Shown piece after piece: positions 20,978 to 31,017 of a DNA stretch of 64,000 bases (position 1 is its first letter; each line of letters opens with the position of its first letter). Source of the stretch: Promethearchaeia archaeon. GTDB taxonomy: Archaea > Asgardarchaeota > Lokiarchaeia > Sigyniarchaeales > SOKP01. The stretch covers positions 160,001 to 224,000 of the forward strand of contig JAHQWK010000001.1 of NCBI GenBank assembly GCA_029856145.1. The letters are read 5' to 3'. The translations under genes were made by a program, and so were the position numbers. The notes under the pieces were generated by a model that had not been told where the DNA came from, did no database searches, and was given only the letters and a program-made list of their open reading frames with translations.

Positions 20978-20995
20978 CATTCTTATATAAGAATG
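20978..20995. promoter_or_regulatory. Perfect 18-bp palindrome, candidate PadR operator
   Basis: CATTCTTATATAAGAATG about 47 nt upstream of the padR start, with a degenerate adjacent copy at about 20962-20978. Confidence 0.65.
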
Positions 20996-21126
20996 ATATG
21001 AAAATAGATTATTTAAATTTAACGATTATTCTTGTTTATCTATTTTCAAATCCCAAAAAAGTGTTTAAAATTTTATTCGAATATTAATATGGAAAAATTA
21101 ACTATAAATTTAAAATAAGTTTAGTC

Positions 21127-22002
21127 TTATTCTTTTTCAATTTTAAATATTGCATTAGCCATTTCCAAGATAAATTTATGATTTTCTGCCCACATAAAAA
21201 AGATTTTATCTTTAATAGGAATCATTACCGTTTCAGTTATTTGTATGTATTCATCATTATGCTCGAACTTAAATTTAGGCAAATGACCTTTAAATTTTTT
21301 ACCTTTAATCTCAATCTCACTCTCTATTAACTTGATATCCACTACCCCTATACCTTTATTTAAAACTTCCTCCTTTCCTTTTCTTGAAAGCATATCAAAC
21401 ATATAATTCAATGTGTTTTCATCATATTCGACATCTCGATTATACCTAAACACCATAAATCCAGCATCTTTTACAAATTTTGCATTTGAGACTAACAGAG
21501 TAGTATCATACGCTTCAAATTCATGTGTGATCTGGCTTTTCTCGACAATATGCTCGATAACCTTCCATCCTTTTTCATAAAGAGGATTTAAATACGGTTT
21601 TAAAAAATCATCAATTTCACTAATAGAGAATTCAATGCTTTCTAAATACATAGTTTCTAATTTATCAATAACATCCAGCTCGATTTTTTCAAGCATTTCA
21701 AGTTCACTTTTCTTTTTATTTATTATTCTACTCATATATAACTCAGGACTTATTGCAGCATACATTTTTGCACCTTTTGGTCCCTCATATTCTAGATTTT
21801 CTCTTACATACCCCCTATCATGAAGTCTATTAAGGATAGAATATATTGTTGTCCTTTTTATAGGTAGATGATCTGTTAAATCTTTAATATATGTTCCCTT
21901 TTTGCCATGTTGTATAAGATTGAAATAAATTAATGCTTCTTCATGTTTTAACCCTGTTTTTTGTAGACCTTGTATATATTCTTCAGTTTTATTATCTGTC
22001 AT
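21127..22002 (-). CDS. TrmB-family HTH regulator
   Basis: LQKTGLKHEEALIYFNLI..IKRTTIYSILNRLHDRGYV..MYAAISPE. Confidence 0.85.
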   Translation of the reverse strand: MTDNKTEEYIQGLQKTGLKHEEALIYFNLIQHGKKGTYIKDLTDHLPIKRTTIYSILNRLHDRGYVRENLEYEGPKGAKMYAAISPELYMSRIINKKKSELEMLEKIELDVIDKLETMYLESIEFSISEIDDFLKPYLNPLYEKGWKVIEHIVEKSQITHEFEAYDTTLLVSNAKFVKDAGFMVFRYNRDVEYDENTLNYMFDMLSRKGKEEVLNKGIGVVDIKLIESEIEIKGKKFKGHLPKFKFEHNDEYIQITETVMIPIKDKIFFMWAENHKFILEMANAIFKIEKE

Positions 22003-22034
22003 TAATTATTATTTGGGGTTTCAACTATAAAAAA

Positions 22035-22093
22035 GTTGTGACTATGAGTTATGACACAGCAACATTTAAATAGTCGCGACACTTAGTCACAAG
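22035..22093. promoter_or_regulatory. Four-box operator array flanking a TATA box
   Basis: GTTGTGAC (22035), GTTATGAC (22048), TTTAAATA (22065), GTCGCGAC (22073), GTCACAAG (22086); 13-bp period within each pair. Confidence 0.65.
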
Positions 22094-22125
22094 TAACAAT
22101 CAATTAAAATTTAAGGTATTTTAAA

Positions 22126-22890
22126 ATGAAAGAAGAAAAACCGAAATATGGCTGGTATGTGAAGAATCTAATTATTGGATTTAATATTATAGGGCTACTT
22201 GGAATAACTGCTTTTATTTATGGATTTCTAATAAATGGCTTATTGAAGATTATTCTATTAATTTCAGGATTAGCAATAATACTAGTATTTTTATGGCCAG
22301 GCATCGGAATGGTCATGATGCATCTATTATTATTAGGTAGAATATATTTAGTATCAAAAATGAAGGGATTAGATGAAATTGAAAATCCCCAAATTTTAGA
22401 CGTAGGTTGTGGAACTGGAAGAACTGCGATAAGAATTGCAAAAGAGTTAAAAAACGGAGGACATTTATATGGGATTGACATTTATTCGAAATTAGCAATT
22501 CAGGGTAATGCTTTAGATACAGTACAAAACAATGCTCACATTGAAAAAGTTGAAAATAAAACTACTTTTCAATATGGATCAGCGACAGATATTCCATTCG
22601 AAGATGAGAAGTTTGACATCGTGAATGCTTCTTCAGTCCTTCATGAAGTTCATGACTCAAACGGACAAGAGAATGCAATGCAAGAAATTTACCGTGTTTT
22701 AAAACCTGGGGGATGTTTTTACTTGAGTGAATGGAACCGCACATCATGGCAATGTGTTGCTATCGGTGGCTTATGTTGTTTTGCGTTTAAGAAAAAAGAT
22801 CACTGGAAAACTTTATTAGAAAAATATAATTTCAAGGAAATTACATACGAGACCACCGCAGGTTTTGGGATTTTTACAGCTAAAAAATAA
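22126..22890 (+). CDS. Membrane-anchored class I SAM methyltransferase
   Basis: Two N-terminal TM helices; ILDVGCGTG, FEDEKFDIV, EIYRVLKPGG. Confidence 0.88.
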   Translation: MKEEKPKYGWYVKNLIIGFNIIGLLGITAFIYGFLINGLLKIILLISGLAIILVFLWPGIGMVMMHLLLLGRIYLVSKMKGLDEIENPQILDVGCGTGRTAIRIAKELKNGGHLYGIDIYSKLAIQGNALDTVQNNAHIEKVENKTTFQYGSATDIPFEDEKFDIVNASSVLHEVHDSNGQENAMQEIYRVLKPGGCFYLSEWNRTSWQCVAIGGLCCFAFKKKDHWKTLLEKYNFKEITYETTAGFGIFTAKK

Positions 22891-23035
22891 AATTTTTTTA
22901 ATTTTTCCTTTTTTATTCAAGGGTAAATATAAATGGGGTTTTTTTGTAAAAGCAAAATGTTATTAACAATTTTGTATTAAATTCTTTAGAGATATTTAGT
23001 ACGTCGTTTTTTACGTCCACTAAAGGAGCTGACTC

Positions 23036-24460
23036 ATGGATTCTGAAGCAGAAGAGACATTAACAATCATTGCTGAGAGAGCACAGTTAGCTGAAGGCAT
23101 TGAAGGCGTTCGATCAATTCTACTAACAATGTATCGCTTTCCTTCCCTTAAAAACAAAAAAGTGGCCCAAAAAACAGGAATTGCAATTCCTACAATTTCA
23201 GCTGTTAGAGGGGAATTAGTTAAATCCGGGATTATTGAGAAGAGAAACTTTCTCGGAGAAATAGGAAGAGAATGGGTTAAGACAAAATTGAATTTAACCT
23301 TTGATTATGATCCTCTTCCTGAAACCTTTAACAACATAATAAAAGAGTTACCCGAAGAATTTACATACTTAAATAATTTGAAAAGTTTACTTAAGAATAG
23401 ACCAACTCCAGAATATGCTCTTGATCAATCTCATGCAGATTTCTCTACAATAATAAAGAAAACATTATATTTACTAAAAAAAGGGGATATTGAAGGAAGA
23501 AGGATTATTTTTTTAGGTGATGATGATGCTATATCGTTAGCTGTAGGGTTAACTAATTTATCAAATGAAATCCTTGTTTTGGATATAGACAATAGAGTTT
23601 TAGATTTTATCTCCCAATCAGCAGAAGAACTTTCATTAAAGAATTTTAATGTTCTATCTCATGATTTAAAAGAACCATGTCCTAACATTATCATTAATAA
23701 TTACGATGTTGTTGTAATGGACCCCCCTTATACTAATGAAGGCTTAAGATTATTTTTAAAAAGAGCTGGACAAGTGTTAAAGTCATATATTAAAATAAAT
23801 GATAAGATTCATCCCGTAATTGGCAAAAAATGCCTTCTTAGTTTTGGAAATAAACCTCCAGAGGAAATGCAGAAATTGCAAACGTCAATTTTAGATCATA
23901 GCTTTATTATTAATGAAATGATCCCTGATTTTAATCACTATGAGGGTGCAAGTATAATTGGTAAATTTAGTCACCTCTACTACCTACAATCTATAATAAA
24001 TTCAAACATTGAACCAACAATTAATTATACTACACGCCCTATATACACTTCCGAAGTAAGATCTATAACTGAGTATCCCTTTAGACCTGTTGGATTTCAC
24101 TTTGTGGGAGAAATGCACTTTTCAAACCAAGAATTACTCTTGGAAAATGATAATATACAGAAAATATTTATAGACTCTCTTACATTCGCAGATTTAACAA
24201 TTCTCGATGTATATCATCATAATTACCATCCATATGGATACAGTGCTATTGCGATTTTGAAAACAAGTCATGCGGCTATCCATACTTGGCCAGAACATGG
24301 ATATATTAGTATTGACATTTTTATATGTGAAGGATACTCTAAAGGATTAAAAGTTATAAAATTCTTAAAGAATAAGTTAAATCCTGAAAAATTTGAATTT
24401 TCATATGTAGAACGTGGTAAACAAACAACCATGAAATATAAACCAGTTGAAGTAGAATAA
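23036..24460 (+). CDS. bpsA: Branched-chain polyamine synthase (BpsA/DUF43) fused to a pyruvoyl-dependent AdoMetDC-like (SpeD/SpeH) domain
   Basis: BpsA motifs LDQ, GDIEGRRIIFLGDDD, LDID, DPPY, FNHY; C-terminal GYSAIAILKTSHAAIHTWPEHGYISIDIFIC. Confidence 0.87.
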   Translation: MDSEAEETLTIIAERAQLAEGIEGVRSILLTMYRFPSLKNKKVAQKTGIAIPTISAVRGELVKSGIIEKRNFLGEIGREWVKTKLNLTFDYDPLPETFNNIIKELPEEFTYLNNLKSLLKNRPTPEYALDQSHADFSTIIKKTLYLLKKGDIEGRRIIFLGDDDAISLAVGLTNLSNEILVLDIDNRVLDFISQSAEELSLKNFNVLSHDLKEPCPNIIINNYDVVVMDPPYTNEGLRLFLKRAGQVLKSYIKINDKIHPVIGKKCLLSFGNKPPEEMQKLQTSILDHSFIINEMIPDFNHYEGASIIGKFSHLYYLQSIINSNIEPTINYTTRPIYTSEVRSITEYPFRPVGFHFVGEMHFSNQELLLENDNIQKIFIDSLTFADLTILDVYHHNYHPYGYSAIAILKTSHAAIHTWPEHGYISIDIFICEGYSKGLKVIKFLKNKLNPEKFEFSYVERGKQTTMKYKPVEVE

Positions 24461-24481
24461 TACTTATTTTTCTTGATATGA

Positions 24482-25540
24482 TCATTTCGGTAATTTTTCG
24501 AATTCTTCACGTGTTCCATAAAATCGTTTGATAAGGTCTTCATCATTTCTTTTAATAGCTTTTAGAGGTTCAGACATTCTTAATAAATAATTTTTTATGA
24601 CTCTTTTGGGTAATATTTTAGTTGCTAATTTTAATGAAGTAAGTACGCATTCTTTAACGGCATCAAAATGCTCTTTTAGACCCTCTCTTTGAAAATGAAG
24701 GAGTTCTTCAAGTATATCTCCATCTACATAATATCCACAATGAAAATTTCTTGTAGCAAATGCGTTTTCGGGAATTAAATTTGGATCTAATCCAAAGATT
24801 TTAAAATTAGCTTTTAAATAATCCCTAGCTATTATTCGGCATTTCTCTCCACCTGAAAGGTTATAAATATTTCCAACTAATTCATCACACTCAATAGCTT
24901 GAACTAATGCATATCCTGTATCTGTATTGCGGCAAATCTCCAATGAAGTATCCAAGGGCAAATGAAACATTATAGGTTGTATTTTCATTCTTGGATTCAT
25001 TATAGCTGTTAATCTGAAAATAGTCCATTCTAAATTTGAACTTTGAATTAATTTCTCAGCTTCAATTTTAGTTACTGAATATTTATCTCCCATACTAGGA
25101 TTGAAGGGATCACCTACTCTAATCTTTGGATTCTTTATTCGATCTCCATAAACAGAGATTGATGATGTGTATATAAGCCGTGGTTTTTTATTTTGTACTT
25201 CAATAGCTTTAATAATGTTTTCGGTTCCTCCTGTATTTATTTTCCATGCTTCTTCAGGGAATTTGTCTGCTGCAGGAGGTATCAATGCACCTATATGTAA
25301 GACTACATCTATTTCGTTTACTGCTGTTAATACTTCATCGTAATTTCTTAAGTCTCCCCAGATAACTTTGATTTGTTTTATATAGCGTTTAGCAATTTTC
25401 TTGCGGTTTATCTTATTCAAGGAATCATACTTTAGGTCAAAAACTCTTATATCATAATTACTTCTTCTTACTAATTCTTTAAGAGTCTCAATTCCAACCT
25501 CTCCAAAAGCACCTGTCAACAGTATTTTTTTTCTTGTCAT
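24482..25540 (-). CDS. Extended SDR / NAD-dependent epimerase-dehydratase
   Basis: LTGAFGEVG, YTSSISVYG, YSVTK. Confidence 0.9.
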   Translation of the reverse strand: MTRKKILLTGAFGEVGIETLKELVRRSNYDIRVFDLKYDSLNKINRKKIAKRYIKQIKVIWGDLRNYDEVLTAVNEIDVVLHIGALIPPAADKFPEEAWKINTGGTENIIKAIEVQNKKPRLIYTSSISVYGDRIKNPKIRVGDPFNPSMGDKYSVTKIEAEKLIQSSNLEWTIFRLTAIMNPRMKIQPIMFHLPLDTSLEICRNTDTGYALVQAIECDELVGNIYNLSGGEKCRIIARDYLKANFKIFGLDPNLIPENAFATRNFHCGYYVDGDILEELLHFQREGLKEHFDAVKECVLTSLKLATKILPKRVIKNYLLRMSEPLKAIKRNDEDLIKRFYGTREEFEKLPK

Positions 25541-25836
25541 TTTTCACGCTAAAAAGATTATGCTAACTTATAAACATTAGAGTTGGCTAATTCATATAAA
25601 TAATTTATTAAAATTTAGTTTATATAATCTAATTAAAATAATACTATAATGGAGATCTCATTTAAATATATCTTGTATTTAAAATCATTCGATTTTATCA
25701 TTTGAATTTGGAACTCAATAGAAATTATCGTCCATATTTTCCATTATAAAAGCATTGAATTAAATTTATATAAGAGGGTTGTATCTTAATCTTTAACCTT
25801 CAATTATTCTTACAAACATGAAAGGTTGAATTTAAA

Positions 25837-26274
25837 ATGAGTGAAAGTAAAAAGAAAGATTCAAATGAATTATTAAACTTTCTAATGATCATTATCGGGC
25901 TTCTCTTTATCTTCAAAGCGGTAATGGAATTCTTAGCGTGGGCGGGTATCTATACTCCCGCATGGTTAGGTGGAAGTGGTGTAGATGAAGCACTTTCTAT
26001 TTTTGGTGGTCAAGGTGTAATTTCAATACTTTTAGGATTTTGGTGTTTAATTTCTGGTATAGGAATGTTTAGAGAAGAAGAGTACGCGATGGGTATGGGT
26101 TCAGTAGTTCTAAGTATAATGGCAGCGGTTGGTATTACTGCTATTGTAGGATGGATAGCAGCTCCTGGTTCTTTTGATGCGGTATATTGGCCAAATTATA
26201 TCATAATTGCGGCAACTGTTATTGGAGTTTTAGGATTTGTCTGGTTACTCTTTACATACAAGAGATATGACTAA
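25837..26274 (+). CDS. Hypothetical 4-TM membrane protein
   Basis: Four hydrophobic segments; a poly-T tract follows. Confidence 0.75.
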   Translation: MSESKKKDSNELLNFLMIIIGLLFIFKAVMEFLAWAGIYTPAWLGGSGVDEALSIFGGQGVISILLGFWCLISGIGMFREEEYAMGMGSVVLSIMAAVGITAIVGWIAAPGSFDAVYWPNYIIIAATVIGVLGFVWLLFTYKRYD

Positions 26275-26426
26275 ATTAAGTATCTTCTTAAAATTTTAAT
26301 AATAAATCTTTTTTTTTAATTATTTCATATCAAATTAATTTTATAAATAAAATTGAAAAAAGATAATTATCTATAATAACCAAATCGAATAAAGAAATTC
26401 ATAATTACAAGATAAGTGTTAAAAAT

Positions 26427-27089
26427 ATGCAATTATCAGAATTTCTCAAGAAAATTGAATGGTTAGAAACTGACCATCCTTATGGAAGTGCTTGTGTAAG
26501 AATTAATAGTGAAATAGTTATTTATTTTGATCCTGTTAGTTTGTCAGAAGAAAATATGAAAAAAAAGGCAGATCTTATCCTGTTAACTCATTCACATGAA
26601 GATCATTTTTCTGTTGAGACATTAGAAAATCTTGTGAAACCCACAACAATTATTGTCTGTCCTTTTGATTGTGAAGAAAAATTATTACAGGATCATTTTG
26701 ATTTCAATATTTATATAATAAAAACTGGTGAGACTGTAAAACTAAACAGAGTTAGAATCAAAGCGATCCCAGCATACTCTTCTTCAGCACATCCAAATTC
26801 TGCAGGTTGGGTTGGATATATTATTGAACTTAATGACTTCCGAATTTATCATTCAGGAGATTCAGGTTTTATTCCAGAGATGAATGATTTAAAAAATATA
26901 GATATTTCGTTTCTAACGGTTAGAGAACCGTATATGATGAGCCCAAAAGAAATACTTCAAGCTGTAAATACATTTAAACCAAAAATTTTAATTCCTATAC
27001 ATTGGATTAAAGAAGAAAAGGAATCTATTGATTATATCATAGAAAATTCGCCAAAGTCAACAAGAGTAATAATTCTTGAAATGAAATAA
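26427..27089 (+). CDS. MBL-fold metallo-hydrolase
   Basis: THSHEDH, YHSGDS, IPIHW. Confidence 0.9.
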   Translation: MQLSEFLKKIEWLETDHPYGSACVRINSEIVIYFDPVSLSEENMKKKADLILLTHSHEDHFSVETLENLVKPTTIIVCPFDCEEKLLQDHFDFNIYIIKTGETVKLNRVRIKAIPAYSSSAHPNSAGWVGYIIELNDFRIYHSGDSGFIPEMNDLKNIDISFLTVREPYMMSPKEILQAVNTFKPKILIPIHWIKEEKESIDYIIENSPKSTRVIILEMK

Positions 27090-27196
27090 AAATTTGAAAG
27101 AAAAAATTTCTTAGTTATTGATACGATTGTTGAATCTTTTTTGGGAAAATAAGCTTTTTTAGAATAAAAAATATTAAATCTTTAAGGAAATTTGAT

Positions 27197-28819
27197 ATGA
27201 GAGATTTATTTCTTGGTTTAGATTGCTCAACTCAGAGCTTAACTGCTCTATTAATTAATTTCAGTTCGGGCAAGGTAATTTCTCAATATAGTATAAATTT
27301 TGATGAAGACTTGCCGAATTATAAAACACAAAAAGGAGTTATTCTTTTAGAGGATATTACAGTCACTCATTCATATCCACTTATGTGGGTTGAAGCTTTA
27401 GAACTATTATTTGAAAAAATGAAAAATAACGAAATTCCGCTTTATGAAATTAAGGCAATATCAGGATCCGGACAACAACATGGGACAGTGTATTTAAATA
27501 ATAAGTTTAGAAAAGTTCTTAAAACATTAGATTTTAAAAAATCTCTCGTATCTCAATTAGAATCTACATTTTCTCGTCATACAAGTCCTATTTGGATGGA
27601 TTCTAGCACAACTAACCAATGTGATGAAATTCGTGAGAAATTAGGTGGATTAAAATCTACTATCAAATTATTAGGTTCAAACACCAATGAACGGTTTTCT
27701 GGACCTCAAATAAGAAAATTTTACCAAGAGAACCTTAATGGATATAATCAGACTTCGATTATTCATTTAGTAAGTTCATTTATGGCTTCAATTCTATTAG
27801 GAAAAAATGCCTCAATCGATCATGGAGATGGAGCTGGTATGAATTTAATGAACATAAAGAGTAAAATATGGGATGATCGCGCTTTAGATGCAACCGCACC
27901 CAATTTAAAAGAAAAATTACCTCTACTTACAAATCCTTACTCTATTATTGGAAAACTATCTTCATACTTTGTAGCAAAATTCGGTTTCAATCCGGATACA
28001 GATCTTATAGTGTGGTCTGGTGATAACCCAAATAGCCTTGTTGGTGTTGGATTGATCGAAAAAGGCAAAGTTGCAATAAGTTTAGGCACTAGTGATACAT
28101 ATTTTGGCTATTTACAAGATTTATATCTTGACTTTAAGGGAGAAGGACATGTTTTTGGGGCACCAACGGGGGATTATATGAGTTTAATTTGTTATAAAAA
28201 TGGTTCTTTAGCAAGAGAAAGAATAAAAGATCAATTTAATCTAAATTGGGTGAAATTTTCTAAAATTTTGAATAAAACTCCTCCAGGAAATAATGGAAAA
28301 TTAATGTTGCCATACTTTTTTCCTGAAATTGTTCCACAAGTATTAGAACCTATGGTTCATCGTTTTGGTTTTGATGAAAATGACATAGAAGGAAATATAA
28401 GGGGTATCATCGAAGCCCAATTTTTATCTATGAGACTTCATTCAAATTGGATTGGAGAAAAACCTAAAGAAATTTACACTACTGGAGGAGCCTCCGTAAA
28501 TGAAGAAATTCTTCAAATATTAGCAAATATTTTTAACACAAAAGTCCGTATGTTTGAAGTTACAGATTCAGCAGCTTTTGGAGCAGCATTCAGAGCAGCA
28601 AAATCATATTATGATTCTGAAGATGAGATAAAAAGTTGGAATGAAATAATAGATAAATTCATAAATATACAAAAAAGCATTGTCATTGAACCAGATAAGA
28701 AACATATTGAATTATATGATGATATGCTTGAACTCTATGGAAAATATGAAGAATTTATTCTTAGAAATGGTGAAAATCCCAAATTAGCTCGCTTAGAGTT
28801 TATTAAGAAGTATTTTTAA
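27197..28819 (+). CDS. xylB: FGGY-family xylulokinase, eukaryote-type subfamily
   Basis: LGLDCSTQSL, SGSGQQHG, PIWMDSST, ERFSGPQIRK, GDNPNSL, ISLGTSDT, CYKNGSLARE, TGGAS. Confidence 0.85.
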   Translation: MRDLFLGLDCSTQSLTALLINFSSGKVISQYSINFDEDLPNYKTQKGVILLEDITVTHSYPLMWVEALELLFEKMKNNEIPLYEIKAISGSGQQHGTVYLNNKFRKVLKTLDFKKSLVSQLESTFSRHTSPIWMDSSTTNQCDEIREKLGGLKSTIKLLGSNTNERFSGPQIRKFYQENLNGYNQTSIIHLVSSFMASILLGKNASIDHGDGAGMNLMNIKSKIWDDRALDATAPNLKEKLPLLTNPYSIIGKLSSYFVAKFGFNPDTDLIVWSGDNPNSLVGVGLIEKGKVAISLGTSDTYFGYLQDLYLDFKGEGHVFGAPTGDYMSLICYKNGSLARERIKDQFNLNWVKFSKILNKTPPGNNGKLMLPYFFPEIVPQVLEPMVHRFGFDENDIEGNIRGIIEAQFLSMRLHSNWIGEKPKEIYTTGGASVNEEILQILANIFNTKVRMFEVTDSAAFGAAFRAAKSYYDSEDEIKSWNEIIDKFINIQKSIVIEPDKKHIELYDDMLELYGKYEEFILRNGENPKLARLEFIKKYF

Positions 28820-28944
28820 AAACACATAGTATACAGATTGTAATATCTTTATATGATTTTGGGTGAAAATTGCTAAATTATAATCGATTTAATAATAAAT
28901 CTTCTTTCACTACTTTAATAATCAATTCATAAACTGAATATATT

Positions 28945-29445
28945 ATGGCAATTAAAGAAGGCGATATTATTAAAGTAGAGTATATGGGCACTTTCGATGA
29001 CGGGACAGTATTCGACAGTACTGAAATAAACGGAAGTATCCCTTTAAAATTTGAGGTCGGAGCGGGACAGATTATTCCAGGCTTTGATAACTCTGTAGTT
29101 GGCAAATCTATTGGAGATGAGTTTAATATCAGATTAGAACCTTCTGAAGCATACGGTGAATATAAGGAAGGCTTTACTCAGTCTATTCCAAAAGACCAAT
29201 TTCCGCCAGAACAAGAGCCAGAAACAGGTTTGATGATTTTATTAATCGGTCCACAAGGTCAACCAGTTCCTGCTACAATAAAAGAAGTTAATGGTGATAT
29301 AGTTACAATAGATTTAAATCATCCTATGGCAGGGAAAGTGTTAAATTTTAAAATTAAGATAGTTGAAACTGGGTGTGAACCTGATCCCCCTCATGAATGT
29401 GGTCCTGGGTGTAACCATGACCATAACCACGACCATGACCACTAA
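28945..29445 (+). CDS. slyD: FKBP-type PPIase, SlyD-like, with Cys/His metal-binding tail
   Basis: DDGTVFDST, GQIIPGF, PSEAYG, DLNHPMAGKVLNF; tail HECGPGCNHDHNHDHDH. Confidence 0.92.
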   Translation: MAIKEGDIIKVEYMGTFDDGTVFDSTEINGSIPLKFEVGAGQIIPGFDNSVVGKSIGDEFNIRLEPSEAYGEYKEGFTQSIPKDQFPPEQEPETGLMILLIGPQGQPVPATIKEVNGDIVTIDLNHPMAGKVLNFKIKIVETGCEPDPPHECGPGCNHDHNHDHDH

Positions 29446-29595
29446 TATCTTGTTCTGATGAAAACTTAAAATTTTCCATTCTTATTTTTTTCAATTATGT
29501 AATAAAAGAACGAAAAATCCGTTTCTCATTAAATTAAAATTTTAAATCTCCTTTTAAAAATCAACATGATAGTATAAAATAGCAGGTTTAAAAAA

Positions 29596-31017
29596 ATGGC
29601 TAAGGGGAAAAATACAAATTCTGAGAAATCCTTCAATAGGGTATTTTGGCCCCTTTATATATTAAATGGATTTCAAAGTGTGGCATATGGGGCAATGATT
29701 GTACTTGTGGTTCCCCTTGCTCTAATTATTTGGCCAAATGATCCAGCAGATATTCATGCATTGGAAATGGGAATATTATATACAACTTTATCTTGGAGTA
29801 GTTCTTTTGCTGGCCTCCTTTTTGGTAGACTTATTGATAAATACTCTAGAAAAAAAATTATCATCGTTATTTCTCTGTTTAGAGGATTTTCAATGTTTCT
29901 ACTAGGATTTGCTGTTTATGGTGGTGAATATGGTACATGGTGGTATTTTTTTACTTTCATTGCGCTTTTTGGCTTTTTTGCTGGAGGTTCATGGCCAGCT
30001 ATTAATTCATTATCTAATGATATTGTCCCCCGAGATCACCGTTCTCGGTTTTTTGGGATATATCAAATAGTACTTAATACGACAAATATAATAGGTTGGT
30101 TAATAGCAACATACCTAGTTCAGATTGGTCTATGGAGGGTTTTTTTTTGGGGTATAGGATTATTTATTCTTCTTGGAGGTTTGATTTTTGCTATTCATAA
30201 TGAAGAACCAAAAAGAGGTGTTCAGCAAGAAGAATTATATCATGTACTTCAAGATGACTCCATAGAGTATGATTTTCAAATAGATAATGGAATGATGCGG
30301 AAAACAATGCTTAGTAGAACTAATGTTGTAGCTCTAATTGAAGGAATATTTACTTGTATCCTTATGAGTAGTCTAAATTTTTTAATTTTAAATTATGTTC
30401 AAAACCCACCATATAATCTTGCACCATTTTCTATAGGTGTATTTATGGTTGTTTTTGGTCTAACAGGGGGGTTAGTAGGACAAATATTTTTATCAAGAGT
30501 AAGTGACAAGATTGCTGTAAAAGATCCGGTAAGAAGATTACCTATTATCGTTATCGCCATAATAGGTGGTTTAGTTACTTTTGCTCTCTTCTTTTTTCTT
30601 CCGTGGGTTCCCTTAACACCAGAACAGGGCAAGGACATCGCTTATATAATGACAATCCCTACAATGTGGATTATGGGCGCATTATTCTTCACCTCACGGA
30701 GTATTTTTTCTCTATACATAGTTAATCAAAGTCCCATAATTCAACAAATAAATTTACCTGAGGCCCAAGGCCAAATAGTTTCTTGGAATCAATTTTTAGA
30801 ACAGTTTGGAAGAGGTATTGGACCATTATTATGTGGGACTTTATTAGTTTTTACGAATACAAATTATCAAATAACTGTCTTAACAGTATGCTTATGTATT
30901 GTTCCCGGTGCGATATTGTGGATTGTTGCAATGAGATGGTTTCCAGCGGATAGAGAAAATATAAAAACTATTTTAGCTGAACGAGCAGAGATTCTAAACT
31001 CTAGAAAAGAGGGTTAA
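29596..31017 (+). CDS. MFS transporter
   Basis: 12-TM pattern; motif A GRLIDKYSRKK. Confidence 0.9.
   Translation: MAKGKNTNSEKSFNRVFWPLYILNGFQSVAYGAMIVLVVPLALIIWPNDPADIHALEMGILYTTLSWSSSFAGLLFGRLIDKYSRKKIIIVISLFRGFSMFLLGFAVYGGEYGTWWYFFTFIALFGFFAGGSWPAINSLSNDIVPRDHRSRFFGIYQIVLNTTNIIGWLIATYLVQIGLWRVFFWGIGLFILLGGLIFAIHNEEPKRGVQQEELYHVLQDDSIEYDFQIDNGMMRKTMLSRTNVVALIEGIFTCILMSSLNFLILNYVQNPPYNLAPFSIGVFMVVFGLTGGLVGQIFLSRVSDKIAVKDPVRRLPIIVIAIIGGLVTFALFFFLPWVPLTPEQGKDIAYIMTIPTMWIMGALFFTSRSIFSLYIVNQSPIIQQINLPEAQGQIVSWNQFLEQFGRGIGPLLCGTLLVFTNTNYQITVLTVCLCIVPGAILWIVAMRWFPADRENIKTILAERAEILNSRKEG

Noticed and set aside
29410-29442. Hexamer repeat ACCATG/ACCATA/ACCACG
   Set aside because: It simply encodes the known SlyD His-rich tail
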